Shown: positions 1 through 10,339, numbered from the stretch's first letter. The stretch is 64,000 bases of DNA from Chamaesiphon sp. (GCA_965246715.1 CBDFFH010000046.1:1-64000), one strand, 5' to 3'. Made by a program: numbers and translations. The notes: generated by a model not told the origin, from the letters alone.

Positions 1-282
1 TACTCCCCAGATTAATGGCAAACAGCGAGTTGTTACAAAGCGACTCAGCCAGACAAATCTAGCAAAAGTAGGTTTCGCATCAGCGACTCAGCCAAAGAGC
101 GATCGCTCTTCGCAGCGCCAAGTCAGCAAAGTTCGCGGATCTCAACCAGGCAAAAATCGGATCGATCGTACCAAAGTCGAGCGAACTAACAATGGTATCG
201 CCCAATTTACCAATTCCCAGCGCAATCTGCCGCGCGCCGCCGATGTCGAGGCAATAAATAATCTGATTGAATAGAGCGCGAA

Positions 283-897
283 TCACTTAGGATCGTCAAC
301 CGCAATCGATTTACTGTTATACAGACTCATTGCTTTCTCTACACCTTGCTTGAGGCTCATTTCGATCGCGTCATTTACTAAATAAATTACCTCATCAATC
401 ACGATGGTTTCAGTTTTAGAAAATTTCCCTAGTACGTGAGCGATCGTGTCTTTTTCGCCAGTACTCTGCCCGATTCCGATGCGGACTCTGGGGAAATTTT
501 GCGTGCCGAGATGCGAGATAATCGACTTCATCCCATTGTGTCCGCCAGCAGATCCAGACAATCGCAGCCTGATTTTACCTAATGGTAAATCGAGATCGTC
601 GTAGACCACCAATACCGACTCGGGCGATAGCTTAAACCAATCTAGCGTCGCCCGTACGGACTGACCCGATAGATTCATGAAAGTTTGGGGCTTGAGCAAT
701 TTAATTTTAATATTATTGCTACCGATACCTTCACCATAGATACCTTGAAACTGCTTGCGATCGCTCAAACTAATCTGCCACCGTTTGGCAAGAATATCGA
801 CTAGATCGAAACCAACATTATGCCTAGTTTGGGCGTATTTAGTACCGGGATTACCCAGCCCCACAATTAATTGTGGAATTACCAACTCATCACTCAT
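283..897 (-). CDS. pth: peptidyl-tRNA hydrolase
   Basis: LIVGLGNPG..Y..TRHNVGF, KPQTFMNLSG and GSAGGHNG motifs. Confidence 0.97.
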   Translation of the reverse strand: MSDELVIPQLIVGLGNPGTKYAQTRHNVGFDLVDILAKRWQISLSDRKQFQGIYGEGIGSNNIKIKLLKPQTFMNLSGQSVRATLDWFKLSPESVLVVYDDLDLPLGKIRLRLSGSAGGHNGMKSIISHLGTQNFPRVRIGIGQSTGEKDTIAHVLGKFSKTETIVIDEVIYLVNDAIEMSLKQGVEKAMSLYNSKSIAVDDPK

Positions 898-928
898 ACG
901 ATCGATTGCTATTAGATATTAATTTTTT

Positions 929-1016
929 AACGTCAGTTCGGGATAAAAAGAGCCTAGAGACTTCAATCGTAGGCGGTGCTAGAACGGAGCTAATATCCTT
1001 AACCCGAACTGACGTT
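929..1016. repeat. MITE-like repeat, GTCAGTTCGGG-ended family (short copy)
   Basis: Perfect 14-bp terminal inverted repeat AACGTCAGTTCGGG...CCCGAACTGACGTT; related ends at 25912, 26140, 48345 and 50564. Confidence 0.75.
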
Positions 1017-1091
1017 TTTTTAGTGGATCGGCACAAATATTTTTGAGATAGTACTAGGCTTAAACCCAGTTGGCGGGCAGTGCCCATCCTA

Positions 1092-2651
1092 CTACAATCT
1101 ACCCTCAAAAGTTTTGATGTTTAATTGCACCCAAGTATTTAAATAGTCAGTCAGAGTTAACGGATCTACACCCAGATCTCCCCGCGCTGTGGCGGCGAGA
1201 ATTGCGGCTTGACTATGCCACCAAGCCGCAGTTGCGACAACCTCATCGATCGGTAAATCTCGCTGAAAATTAGTTGCAACCAATCCACCAATCAACCCCG
1301 TTAACACATCGCCACTCCCACCTCTAGCTAGAGCCGGAGTACTGTGAGGCACGATTGTTACTTTACCATCCGATCGGGCGATCGCCGTTCGCGCTCCTTT
1401 TAACAAGATAATCGCCCCACTAGCTCGCGCTGCGGCGATCGCTGCGATATATTTATTTGCAGTGGGAATTTTGGTAAATAAACGTTTGAATTCACCGAGA
1501 TGCGGGGTGATAATCGTGGGCGAAGTGCGGTGACTAAAGACAGTTTCGGGGTCGAGTTTGGCGATAATATTGAGCGCGTCAGCATCGAGTACGATCGGGC
1601 AATTTGCCTCCAGAATTGCTTTAACTATTTTTGAGGGTCGTTCGGTTAAACCGCAACCACAAGCGATCGCATTATATTTAGTTAAATCCAGATCGGGTAA
1701 TGATTTAATCGTTCCAGCTTCAGTTTCTGGGCAGGAGATAATTAACGATTCTGGCAATCGTGCTAGTACCAATGCTTTGAGCGACTTGGGTACAGCGATC
1801 GATAACATCCCTACTCCTGTTGCCAATGCGCCCAATCCGGCTAAAATTGCCGCACCAGAATACTGTTCGGAACCGACAATCAACAAGAGATGTCCCTGTT
1901 GATATTTATGCGTTACAGGCGATCTGTTCAATGGTAAACAAGCGAGCGCTCGCTCGATTGTCATCCTGCTGAGATCTGGATCTTCACCTAATACATTATG
2001 AATATCGGCAAGCGATAAATCGAAATCGATTAGCTTGGTTTTACCTAAATATTCGATCGCCTGTTCCTGGACGAAAGCTAATTTCCATAGACCCAAACAT
2101 AAGGTATGAGTCGCTTTAATTGCCGTACCTAAAATACAGCCAGTATCGGTATGAATCCCCGAAGGCAGATCGATACTAACGATCGGAATTTTTAGGCAAT
2201 TTATCGTCTCGATCGAATCGAATAAACTATCGGTAATATCTCGATTCAAACCAAACCCAAATAACCCATCGATAATCAGATCGCAGTTTGCTAAATCTTC
2301 CGCATTGTCAACAATTTCGATGCCCAGACTAGAAACATAACGATAATGCTGGTTGGTTAATTCGCGTAACTCTTCTGAGGGCACATAAATAGCTACCCCA
2401 TAACCCCGAAAATACAGTTCGCGGGCGACGACTAGCGCATCGCCGCCATTATGTCCCATCCCGACCAACACCCCAACTTGGGGATGGGTCGATCGGGGGT
2501 ACAATGTTTCGCAGCGACAGGCAATTAAGCCGCCCACCTTCTCCATCAAAGCCGCCACAGGCATCCCCGCTTCGAATACCTTACTTTCGATCTGCTGCAT
2601 CTGGGCAGCTGAGACTACTATTCGATCGATTTGAAGCTGGCGATCGCGCAT
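1092..2651 (-). CDS. nnr: bifunctional NAD(P)H-hydrate epimerase/dehydratase
   Basis: YjeF-N motifs GxGHNGGD and DLPSG, plus kinase-like domain VLDADAL, ITPHLGEF, GGSGDVL. Confidence 0.93.
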   Translation of the reverse strand: MRDRQLQIDRIVVSAAQMQQIESKVFEAGMPVAALMEKVGGLIACRCETLYPRSTHPQVGVLVGMGHNGGDALVVARELYFRGYGVAIYVPSEELRELTNQHYRYVSSLGIEIVDNAEDLANCDLIIDGLFGFGLNRDITDSLFDSIETINCLKIPIVSIDLPSGIHTDTGCILGTAIKATHTLCLGLWKLAFVQEQAIEYLGKTKLIDFDLSLADIHNVLGEDPDLSRMTIERALACLPLNRSPVTHKYQQGHLLLIVGSEQYSGAAILAGLGALATGVGMLSIAVPKSLKALVLARLPESLIISCPETEAGTIKSLPDLDLTKYNAIACGCGLTERPSKIVKAILEANCPIVLDADALNIIAKLDPETVFSHRTSPTIITPHLGEFKRLFTKIPTANKYIAAIAAARASGAIILLKGARTAIARSDGKVTIVPHSTPALARGGSGDVLTGLIGGLVATNFQRDLPIDEVVATAAWWHSQAAILAATARGDLGVDPLTLTDYLNTWVQLNIKTFEGRL

Positions 2652-2762
2652 GACTTTAGCTAGCGTAAAATTTATAGTTACCTATCGGGAAAAATTGGCT
2701 CGAAGCCGTTGTAGACTAGTCGCGTACTCATGAATTCTAACGCACGCGCCCAGGAGCGAAAT

Positions 2763-3422
2763 TTAGCTACAGACAAGCCGATACATCCCGACGATCCGAT
2801 CGACTACTTCATCGATCGACATCCGATCTGTAATAATTTCCTCAGCGTCAGGAGCTTTCCGTAACGGCGCGATCTCTCGCGTACTATCGATTTCATCCCG
2901 CTCGGCGATCGATTTTTCTAATTCTGCCAAGTTTACCTTGCCCTGTCCTTGATTTATCAGATCCTGTTGTCGTCGTCGCGCACGCTCGGCAACAGATGCC
3001 GTCAAAAAAATCTTGACTTTGGCATTGGGAAAGACATACGTACACATATCCCGCCCTTCCGCGACGATCCCACCTTGGGCACCGATTGCTTGCTGCTGCT
3101 TGACCAGAGCCGCTCTGACCACCCCCAAAGTTGCAATTGCTGAAACCTTACCAGTCACGGCTGGAGTCCGAATCGCCTGCGTCACATCGAAATCGTTGAC
3201 GATGACACGATCGCCAGTTAGCGTAATTTTTGCTCGATCCACTAGCTCGGCAATTTTTACCTCGTCATCTAGGGCTAGGTTTGCCTCCAGCACCAACCAA
3301 GCGATCGATCTATACATTGCCCCGGTATCGAGATACAACAGCCCTAATCGGGCAGCTACAAGCTTGGTAACGGTAGATTTACCTGCACCTGCGGGGCCGT
3401 CGATCGCGATGATGGGGAGCAT
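2763..3422 (-). CDS. cmk: cytidylate kinase
   Basis: IAIDGPAGAGKST P-loop, LDTGAMYR, EGRD. Confidence 0.96.
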   Translation of the reverse strand: MLPIIAIDGPAGAGKSTVTKLVAARLGLLYLDTGAMYRSIAWLVLEANLALDDEVKIAELVDRAKITLTGDRVIVNDFDVTQAIRTPAVTGKVSAIATLGVVRAALVKQQQAIGAQGGIVAEGRDMCTYVFPNAKVKIFLTASVAERARRRQQDLINQGQGKVNLAELEKSIAERDEIDSTREIAPLRKAPDAEEIITDRMSIDEVVDRIVGMYRLVCS

Positions 3423-3470
3423 GCTTGGTTTGGGGGATGGGTGGGTTATTGGGGTGTGGCGGAGAGCTGA

Positions 3471-3507
3471 CCCACCCCGCCCTGTCGGGCACCCCTCCAG
3501 GGAGGGG
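3471..3507. repeat. dispersed GC-rich repeat CCCACCCCGCCCTGTCGGGCACCCCTCC
   Basis: Identical 28-mer at about 17793-17820; degenerate copy at about 25541-25577. Confidence 0.8.
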
Positions 3508-3563
3508 AATTTATTAAGAGGATATTGATGTATCCAGCGATCGCAAGTAGGGCTTGGGGGAAG

Positions 3564-4418
3564 TTATTTATCGTTGATTAATAAAATATTATCAATTAGG
3601 CGAGTACTCTCGATGCGTCCGGCGATCGCGAGTAGGGCTTGCCGATCGATCGAATCGATTGGCTGCAAGGTTCCAGGATCGACGAGTTCGAGGTATTCTA
3701 GGTCGAATTCAGGGATGATAGTGAGTTCGGTTTTGACTGCGGTAATTAGGGATCGAGCGGTAATTTCACCGTTAGCGCATAATGCCTGTGCGCGGTGGAG
3801 ACTCCGATAAATCGCCGCTGCGCGATCGCGTGCAGTTGGTGATAGATACTGATTTCGCGAGCTAAATGCCAAGCCAGAAGCTTCGCGCACTGTCGGGCAA
3901 CCGACAACCTCTACTGGAATATTCAGATCCGCTACGATCCGGCGGATGATTGCCAATTGTTGGGCATCTTTTTCGCCAAAGTACGCTCGATCGGGTTGGA
4001 CGATATTTAATAGTTTGGTGACGATCGTCGCAACACCTTGAAAATGCCCAACACGCCTACGCCCACACAAACCATCGGTCATCGTCGCCGGGGGAATAAC
4101 TTGGGTAAGTGGCTGCTTGATGCCCATACTTGCGACTGTAGGTACAAATAGCACATCTACACCTGCGGTTTCGCACATGAGCCGATCGATCTCCAACTGG
4201 CGCGGATATCGATCGAGATCTTCATTGGCTCCAAATTGGAGTGGATTGACGAAAATACTCACAACGGCGAGCGTATTCTCATGTCTAGCGCGATCGATCA
4301 GACTCTGATGTCCCAAATGTAATGCTCCCATCGTCGGCACAAATCCGATCGCCTGCGAACGATGTGATTGGAGATAATATCCGAGTTCGCTGGGAGTAGT
4401 AAAAATGGGCAAGTTCAT
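3564..4418 (-). CDS. panC: pantoate-beta-alanine ligase
   Basis: FVPTMGALHLGH, SIFVNPLQF, FGEKD, SSRN, RLIDN. Confidence 0.96.
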   Translation of the reverse strand: MNLPIFTTPSELGYYLQSHRSQAIGFVPTMGALHLGHQSLIDRARHENTLAVVSIFVNPLQFGANEDLDRYPRQLEIDRLMCETAGVDVLFVPTVASMGIKQPLTQVIPPATMTDGLCGRRRVGHFQGVATIVTKLLNIVQPDRAYFGEKDAQQLAIIRRIVADLNIPVEVVGCPTVREASGLAFSSRNQYLSPTARDRAAAIYRSLHRAQALCANGEITARSLITAVKTELTIIPEFDLEYLELVDPGTLQPIDSIDRQALLAIAGRIESTRLIDNILLINDK

Positions 4419-4576
4419 GGGGAGTAGCTGACAGTAGATAGTTGACAGTTGACAGCGCTCGACTAGTTAGAACCACCGCCGTCATGAATGCGATCGGCAG
4501 ATTGGCACTAATTTAGTCTTAGCTACTCAATGACTTAATGTATTTATTTCATAACCCACTGTCAACGATCTGCTAG

Positions 4577-5569
4577 CTAGCGAAACATGCTACTGACGGA
4601 ATTGTCCTCATGTACGCGCCAGATCGCCTCACCTAACAGATTGGCAACTGAGAGAACTTTGAGTTGCGGGAAGCGGCGATCTTCAGGGATGGGTAGCGTA
4701 TTCGTCACGATCACCTCCTCAAATAGCCCACTCGATAGTCGTTCGGTGGCGGGTGGTGAGAACACAGCATGGATCGCACAAGCATAAACTTGTCTAGCTC
4801 CTTGCTCTCGCAAGATTTTGGCACCTTCAGAAATCGTACCACCCGTATCGATCATGTCATCGACGAGGATGGCAGTTTTGCCAGCGACATCACCGACGAC
4901 ATTCATCACTTCCGCCACATTATGCGCCTGACGACGTTTATCGATAATGGCTAGGGGCGCATCGTTGAGCTTCTTGGCAAAGGCGCGGGCACGAGCGACA
5001 CCACCAACATCTGGCGATACCACTACGATGTCTGAAAGCTTCTTCTTGAGGATGTAGTCGATAGTTACCGGCGAACCATAAATGTGATCGAGGGGGATAT
5101 CGAAATAACCCTGAATTTGCGATGAGTGGAGATCCATCGCCAACACCCGATCTGCACCAGCAGTAGTGATTTGATTGGCGACTAATTTAGCCGTAATCGA
5201 TTCTCTTCCCGCCGTCTTGCGATCGGCCCGAGCGTAACCATAGTAAGGAATTACCGCTGTAATTTGTCTGGCTGAGGCCCGCCGACAGGCATCGATCATG
5301 ATGAATAGTTCCATCAGATTATCGTTGACTGGATGACAGGTGGGTTGGATCAAATACACATCACAACCGCGAATCGATTCTTGGATTTGGACGTATATTT
5401 CTCCATCCGCAAACCGTTTGCGGATCATCGGGCCTAAATCTAGTCCGAGATAGCGAGCGATCTCCTGAGATAATGGAACGTTAGCATTGCCAGAAAACAG
5501 TCGTAGACGACTATTATCCCCAATCGAGGAGATTGTGGGCTGAAGCGTCAAGGTGGCAGAACGGATCAC
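4577..5569 (-). CDS. prs: ribose-phosphate pyrophosphokinase
   Basis: FADGE, PYYGYARADRK, VDDMIDTGGT. Confidence 0.97.
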   Translation of the reverse strand: MIRSATLTLQPTISSIGDNSRLRLFSGNANVPLSQEIARYLGLDLGPMIRKRFADGEIYVQIQESIRGCDVYLIQPTCHPVNDNLMELFIMIDACRRASARQITAVIPYYGYARADRKTAGRESITAKLVANQITTAGADRVLAMDLHSSQIQGYFDIPLDHIYGSPVTIDYILKKKLSDIVVVSPDVGGVARARAFAKKLNDAPLAIIDKRRQAHNVAEVMNVVGDVAGKTAILVDDMIDTGGTISEGAKILREQGARQVYACAIHAVFSPPATERLSSGLFEEVIVTNTLPIPEDRRFPQLKVLSVANLLGEAIWRVHEDNSVSSMFR

Positions 5570-5890
5570 AGCAGACCCTCAATTAAGTTCGATTTTTTCA
5601 TGGCAATTTTAGCACTCTCATCCTACTATTGTCCCGTTCGATCTACAAAAAGATCCGATCGACCCTAAATTCAGTAAATTTTGTGACAGAAAAATTAATA
5701 ATCTACTACTATTTTTGGACTAATCTCAATTCACTCGATCGGCTCAAACCCCTCTGGATCGGAAGTTTTCCCTAAATGTGTGGAAACCTCTACATTAGTT
5801 ATAGCGTCTTTGCAAGTTGGAAAGATACAATAATAAGCAAAGGCAGCTCTCGAAATATCGCAAATCATTTACTGTAAATAGCTAAGATCT

Positions 5891-6133
5891 ATGACCAACT
5901 CCCAACAAACCACGATGACACTCGAAGATCGGATCGAGGAAGCCCGCGAAGCCGCTCACCAAGCTGGTGAGCAATTTGGTAAAACTTCTCCTGAATTTGC
6001 TATCGCGATGGAAACCTTAGAGGAATTACATCAAGAGTCCGGTCACCAACGTAGTGCTAAACCCAAAAACTCCCTGGAAAACTTCTGTGATAACAATCCT
6101 GATGCTCCAGAATGCCTACTTTATGATACCTAA
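5891..6133 (+). CDS. cp12: Calvin-cycle regulator CP12, atypical
   Basis: C-terminal LENFCDNNPDAPECLLYD signature; N-terminal Cys pair and AWD motif absent. Confidence 0.85.
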   Translation: MTNSQQTTMTLEDRIEEAREAAHQAGEQFGKTSPEFAIAMETLEELHQESGHQRSAKPKNSLENFCDNNPDAPECLLYDT

Positions 6134-6275
6134 GTAGCTTTAACTTCAAGATCCGACCCTACTAGCTCGATCTGGAATATTAAGCAGTAGCAACGATCTG
6201 GAAGCTAAATAGCAAGATAGATCCCCGACTTGTTGTTGAAAAAGTTGGGGATCTTTTCGATCGTGTTTACTTAAC

Positions 6276-6461
6276 TAACCCTAGTTGCTACCGAACTATA
6301 ATGCCGACGATTAAAATCGTGGCTAATGTTGCAAAGTCCGGTTGTTGCCGCGAGCGGCAAAAGCCTGCCTTCGCGGACTAAGAAATTCAGTCCGCGAAGG
6401 CGGACTTTGTATTCCGAGGAGTGGTTTTAACCACTTTGAGTGTAGGTAGCAACTTGGGTTA
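6276..6461. repeat. MITE/REPIN-like composite repeat (TAACCC..GTTGCTACC ends)
   Basis: 16/17-bp terminal inverted repeat; internal AAAGTCCGCCTTCGCGGACT/AGTCCGCGAAGGCGGACTTT doublet with a 27-bp insertion; relatives at 7588 and 43186. Confidence 0.8.
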
Positions 6462-7439
6462 ACTAACTGCTGCCGATTTCTGCTCCAAGTAACTTAACTC
6501 TGGTAAGTGAGGAATTATCCCCCCCGGATTGAGTGGAAATAGGTTGCCATAATAATCTTGCAAGATCGCCGGAAAATCACAAGTAGCAGCAACCCCTGGC
6601 AGATGATAGATATTGCGCACGTAGGTGTGGAGATGGGAATAGTCCTGAATCCGCCGCTGATTGCATTTAAACAGGGTGTAATACACCAGATCGAACCGAA
6701 TCAAGGTTGTAAATAGGCGCACGTCAGCCAAAGTGAGCGAGTCGCCACAGAGATAACGTTGAGTTGCCAATAAATTTTCAATCCGATCGAGTGTGGCAAA
6801 TAGTTCGGTATGGGCGCGATCGTAAGCCGCCTGTGTCTGGGCAAAACCGCAACGGTAGACTCCATTGTTGACCGTCCGGTAGATGAGGTCGTTCCACTCG
6901 GCGATCGCGCCTTGAAGGTCGGGTGGATAGAGATCGAGATCGGGATTGGTAGCGTATCGGTTAAATTCTGAGTTTAAAATCTCGATAATCTCAGCACTCT
7001 CATTATTGACGATCGAGTATGTCTGGTTATCCCACAGCATTGGTACCGTAGACCTACCTGCGTAACCCACTTTTGAAAATTTATATAACTGGGCTAGAGT
7101 CTGACACTCATGCTCTGATTTAGGTAACACCCAACCACCCGCATTGGCATCGCCGCGCACGACGACGATCTCGATCGAACTTTCCAAGCCTTTGAGCGCG
7201 CGCACGACGAGGGTACGATGCGCCCAGGGACAGCTCCAACCGACATACAAACGATAGCGATTTGGTGCGGCGGGATAGGTAGCATCGCTCGCATCGCTCA
7301 ACCGATTCCCAAATTCGCTCTGCGGGCGTTGATATTCACCAAGCTCGTTTGATGGTGCGAGTTGTGACATCATTACTTGCCAGATCTGGGTCCAGATCGA
7401 TCGACCAGTTTTGACGATCCAGCTAGGTGGAATTGCCAT
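6459..7439 (-). CDS. glutathionyl-hydroquinone reductase (omega-like GST, YqjG/ECM4 type)
   Basis: CPWAHR, TVPMLWD, IVNNES, NNGVYRCGFA, LFTTLIRFD. Confidence 0.92.
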   Translation of the reverse strand: MAIPPSWIVKTGRSIWTQIWQVMMSQLAPSNELGEYQRPQSEFGNRLSDASDATYPAAPNRYRLYVGWSCPWAHRTLVVRALKGLESSIEIVVVRGDANAGGWVLPKSEHECQTLAQLYKFSKVGYAGRSTVPMLWDNQTYSIVNNESAEIIEILNSEFNRYATNPDLDLYPPDLQGAIAEWNDLIYRTVNNGVYRCGFAQTQAAYDRAHTELFATLDRIENLLATQRYLCGDSLTLADVRLFTTLIRFDLVYYTLFKCNQRRIQDYSHLHTYVRNIYHLPGVAATCDFPAILQDYYGNLFPLNPGGIIPHLPELSYLEQKSAAVS

Positions 7440-7443
7440 GGTT

Positions 7444-7488
7444 TAGGGGATAGGGGATAGGGAATAGGGAATAGGGAATAGGGAATAG
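7444..7488. repeat. short tandem heptamer repeat (STRR-type)
   Basis: Six copies of TAGGG(G/A)A. Confidence 0.9.
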
Positions 7489-7587
7489 ATTTAAATAAAT
7501 TTCGATCTATTTTCAAATTGAGAAAGTTGCGTAAATCTGCAAAATAAAGGGACGAGGCTGTCTCATCCCTTCATTGGGAAGCCAATT

Positions 7588-7847
7588 TCACCCAACTTGC
7601 TACCTAGAAATGCCTACGATTGTGTCTTGAAAAGGTGCTCTACTTGGGGAAACCCCAAGACCTACTGGTCGGCTAGCCGACCAAATGCACTTTTCGCAAA
7701 TCGTGGCTAATGATGCAAAGTCCGGTTGTTGCCGCGAGCGGCAAAAGCCTGCCTTCGCGGACTGATTAACTAGTCCGCGAAGGCGGACTTTGTAGTCTGA
7801 GGAGCGGTTTCTAACCGCTTTTGTTATGAATAGCGACTTTGGGTTGA
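7588..7847. repeat. MITE/REPIN-like composite repeat with nested insertions
   Basis: Same scaffold as 6276-6461, plus an extra 75-bp nested insertion at 7623-7697. Confidence 0.8.
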
Positions 7848-7848
7848 A

Positions 7849-8049
7849 TTACACTCGATCGATCGGATCTCTGACTACCCCATCCGGAAAAGTTTGGCGG
7901 AATTCTGCCATCAAATCAGCCATTTCGATTAGCGCCTGCTCGACATCCAGGGATAGGGTGCCAAGGTTGGGATTTGCTTGGAGCTGAAGCAGCAATTCCC
8001 GCTTTTCTTCGACTCGGGCAATTCGTCCTTGTAAAGTTCGTGCATCCAT
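7849..8049 (-). CDS. small hypothetical helical protein
   Basis: 66-aa ATG ORF downstream of ctpA on the same strand; plausible composition. Confidence 0.6.
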   Translation of the reverse strand: MDARTLQGRIARVEEKRELLLQLQANPNLGTLSLDVEQALIEMADLMAEFRQTFPDGVVRDPIDRV

Positions 8050-8116
8050 AGTTTAGTTATTTGTTATCGGTTATTCGATCGTTATAAAAACGTTTATCTT
8101 GTGCTTGCTCCTTCAA

Positions 8117-9340
8117 CTATCCCCTATTTTCTAGTTCTTTAACGGCTGCCAGATACTGCGTATCTTCAGCAGTTGCTGCTGATTCGATCGGAATGGCAGG
8201 AGTAGGCACCACTCGATCGGGTGAGATCCCTAATTTATGGATATCGTGATGGTTCGGGGTCTCGTATTTAGCGACTGTCACAGCTAACCCACTATTATTG
8301 GGCAGGTCGAACAGCGATTGGATCAGCCCTTTCCCAAAGGTTTTAGCACCAACTAAAGTCGCGCGCCCATTATCTTGTAACGCACCAGCCAGAATTTCGC
8401 TGGCACTCGCGGTACCTTCATTTACTAATACTACCAGTGGCGCATCGGTCAGTGCGGTACCGTTGGCATCGATCGAATCGATCGCCCCTTTGCGATCGAC
8501 AGTATAGACGATCGTGCCCTCGTTGAGCCATTGACGGGCGATCTCAACTCCAGCCTGTACCAGTCCACCAGGATTGTTCCGCAAGTCCAGTACATAAGCT
8601 GTCGCGCCTTGTTGCTGGAGCTTGCCCAGGCGATTGGCTAGTTCTTGAGCTGCTTTAGCACTAAATTGGGACAGGCGAAGGTAGCCGATTTTGCGACCGT
8701 TTTCGGTATGCAGTTCGGCGGTGACAGGATTGAGTTCGATCTTCTCACGAATCAAAATCGTTTCACGCGGTGCTTGGTCGGCTGTTTGCACTATCAAACT
8801 AATATTGGTGCCAGTTGGCCCGCGCATTTTGACTGCTGCGGTATCTAGTGTCAATTCTGAAGTTGGCGTAGCGTCGATCTGGATAATAATATCGTGCGGC
8901 AAAATCCCCGCCTTAGCAGCTGGGGAACCCAGGATCGGTGCGATTACTTCGATCGCGTTACTATCGGCTTTGACACCGATTTGTAGTCCCACACCCGACA
9001 ATTCACCAGCGGTATTGACCTGGAGACTGCGATACTGCTCAGGGCGTAACAAGCGGGTAAAGGGTTCGTCCAACGTGGCAATCATTTTCGAGATCGCTTG
9101 ATAGGCTGCTTCCTCTGTCGGGATTTGCTCCTTCATCGTGCGATCGCGAATCGCCCACCAATTTTGATGGTTGAAGCTGCTGTCATAATAAGCCCGATCG
9201 ATCGTGCGCCATGCCTGGAGTACTAACTGTTGCTCTGGGGTGAACGCAGCGGCTGGCGGCACACCCCAGAGCCAAAACAGCGCTATTTGTAGACTCAAAA
9301 TCCAACCAAACCAAAAACTTGCTTTCACGATCGATACCAC
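8117..9340 (-). CDS. ctpA: C-terminal processing protease (S41A)
   Basis: PDZ domain, DLRNNPGG, TASASEI, TFGKG; divergent from petB as is usual in cyanobacteria. Confidence 0.92.
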   Translation of the reverse strand: MVSIVKASFWFGWILSLQIALFWLWGVPPAAAFTPEQQLVLQAWRTIDRAYYDSSFNHQNWWAIRDRTMKEQIPTEEAAYQAISKMIATLDEPFTRLLRPEQYRSLQVNTAGELSGVGLQIGVKADSNAIEVIAPILGSPAAKAGILPHDIIIQIDATPTSELTLDTAAVKMRGPTGTNISLIVQTADQAPRETILIREKIELNPVTAELHTENGRKIGYLRLSQFSAKAAQELANRLGKLQQQGATAYVLDLRNNPGGLVQAGVEIARQWLNEGTIVYTVDRKGAIDSIDANGTALTDAPLVVLVNEGTASASEILAGALQDNGRATLVGAKTFGKGLIQSLFDLPNNSGLAVTVAKYETPNHHDIHKLGISPDRVVPTPAIPIESAATAEDTQYLAAVKELENRG

Positions 9341-9569
9341 TGTCCTTTCGAGGTGTGTTAAATTTTATGTGGGTAAAATGAGAGAATGTCTGCCAAACAT
9401 TACTAAATTAACTAATTTTGGGAATATTTGGTGCGAGTGCCGATCGCAACCGATTGCTGCTTCGCAACATAGCACATCTAACCCCAGCCATTATTTTGAG
9501 TCAGGGGGATCTACAATCCTACTGGCGTTATAATTTATAACACGACTTAGAAAGAAGCACGCAGCCTGA

Positions 9570-10238
9570 ATGTTTACCAAGCAAGTTACAAATAGTAAAA
9601 CCTTTCAGTGGTTTAACGAACGTCTTGAAATCCAAGCAATATCCGACGATATTGCTAGTAAGTACGTTCCGCCCCACGTCAATATCTTCTACTGCCTTGG
9701 TGGGATCACACTGGTATGCTTTGTGATTCAGTTTGCCACTGGCTTCGCAATGACTTTTTATTATGAGCCGACTGTGGCTGAGGCTTTTACCTCCGTCCAG
9801 AAGATCATGACCGAAGTTAACTTTGGGTGGTTGATTCGCTCCATTCACCGCTGGAGTGCCAGCATGATGGTGTTGATGATGATTCTCCACACGTTCCGCG
9901 TGTATCTCACTGGTGGTTTCAAAAACCCCCGCGAACTCACTTGGGTAACTGGGGTCATCCTCGCCGTTATCACTGTTAGTTTTGGTGTAACTGGTTATTC
10001 GCTCCCTTGGGATCAAATCGGCTACTGGGCAGTCAAAATCGTATCCGGTGTACCCGAAGCGATTCCTGTCGTTGGTGTAGCGATGGCTGACCTCTTACGC
10101 GGCGGGTCTAGTGTCGGTCAAGCAACTTTGACTCGCTACTACAGCTTGCATACCTTTGTCTTGCCTTGGTTCATTGCCGTGTTCATGCTGTTACACTTCA
10201 TCATGATCCGCAAGCAAGGGATCTCTGGCCCTTTGTAG
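9570..10238 (+). CDS. petB: cytochrome b6
   Basis: [31 protein letters not shown]. Confidence 0.99.
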   Translation: MFTKQVTNSKTFQWFNERLEIQAISDDIASKYVPPHVNIFYCLGGITLVCFVIQFATGFAMTFYYEPTVAEAFTSVQKIMTEVNFGWLIRSIHRWSASMMVLMMILHTFRVYLTGGFKNPRELTWVTGVILAVITVSFGVTGYSLPWDQIGYWAVKIVSGVPEAIPVVGVAMADLLRGGSSVGQATLTRYYSLHTFVLPWFIAVFMLLHFIMIRKQGISGPL

Positions 10239-10339
10239 ATTCACCGGGACGATGGATAGAAATTGCTGGGAGACATCCTTTGATTTCTATCCTCAGCTAC
10301 GACATCATTAGCTAGCTAAAACCTACGTTATTATTTACT

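Noticed and set aside
1..286. 68-aa ORF 80-286 with a duplicated WLSR-coding 13-mer (AGCGACTCAGCCA near 39 and 82)
   Set aside because: It may be the frameshifted start of a gene leaving the window, but no family is recognisable and the context is cut off.
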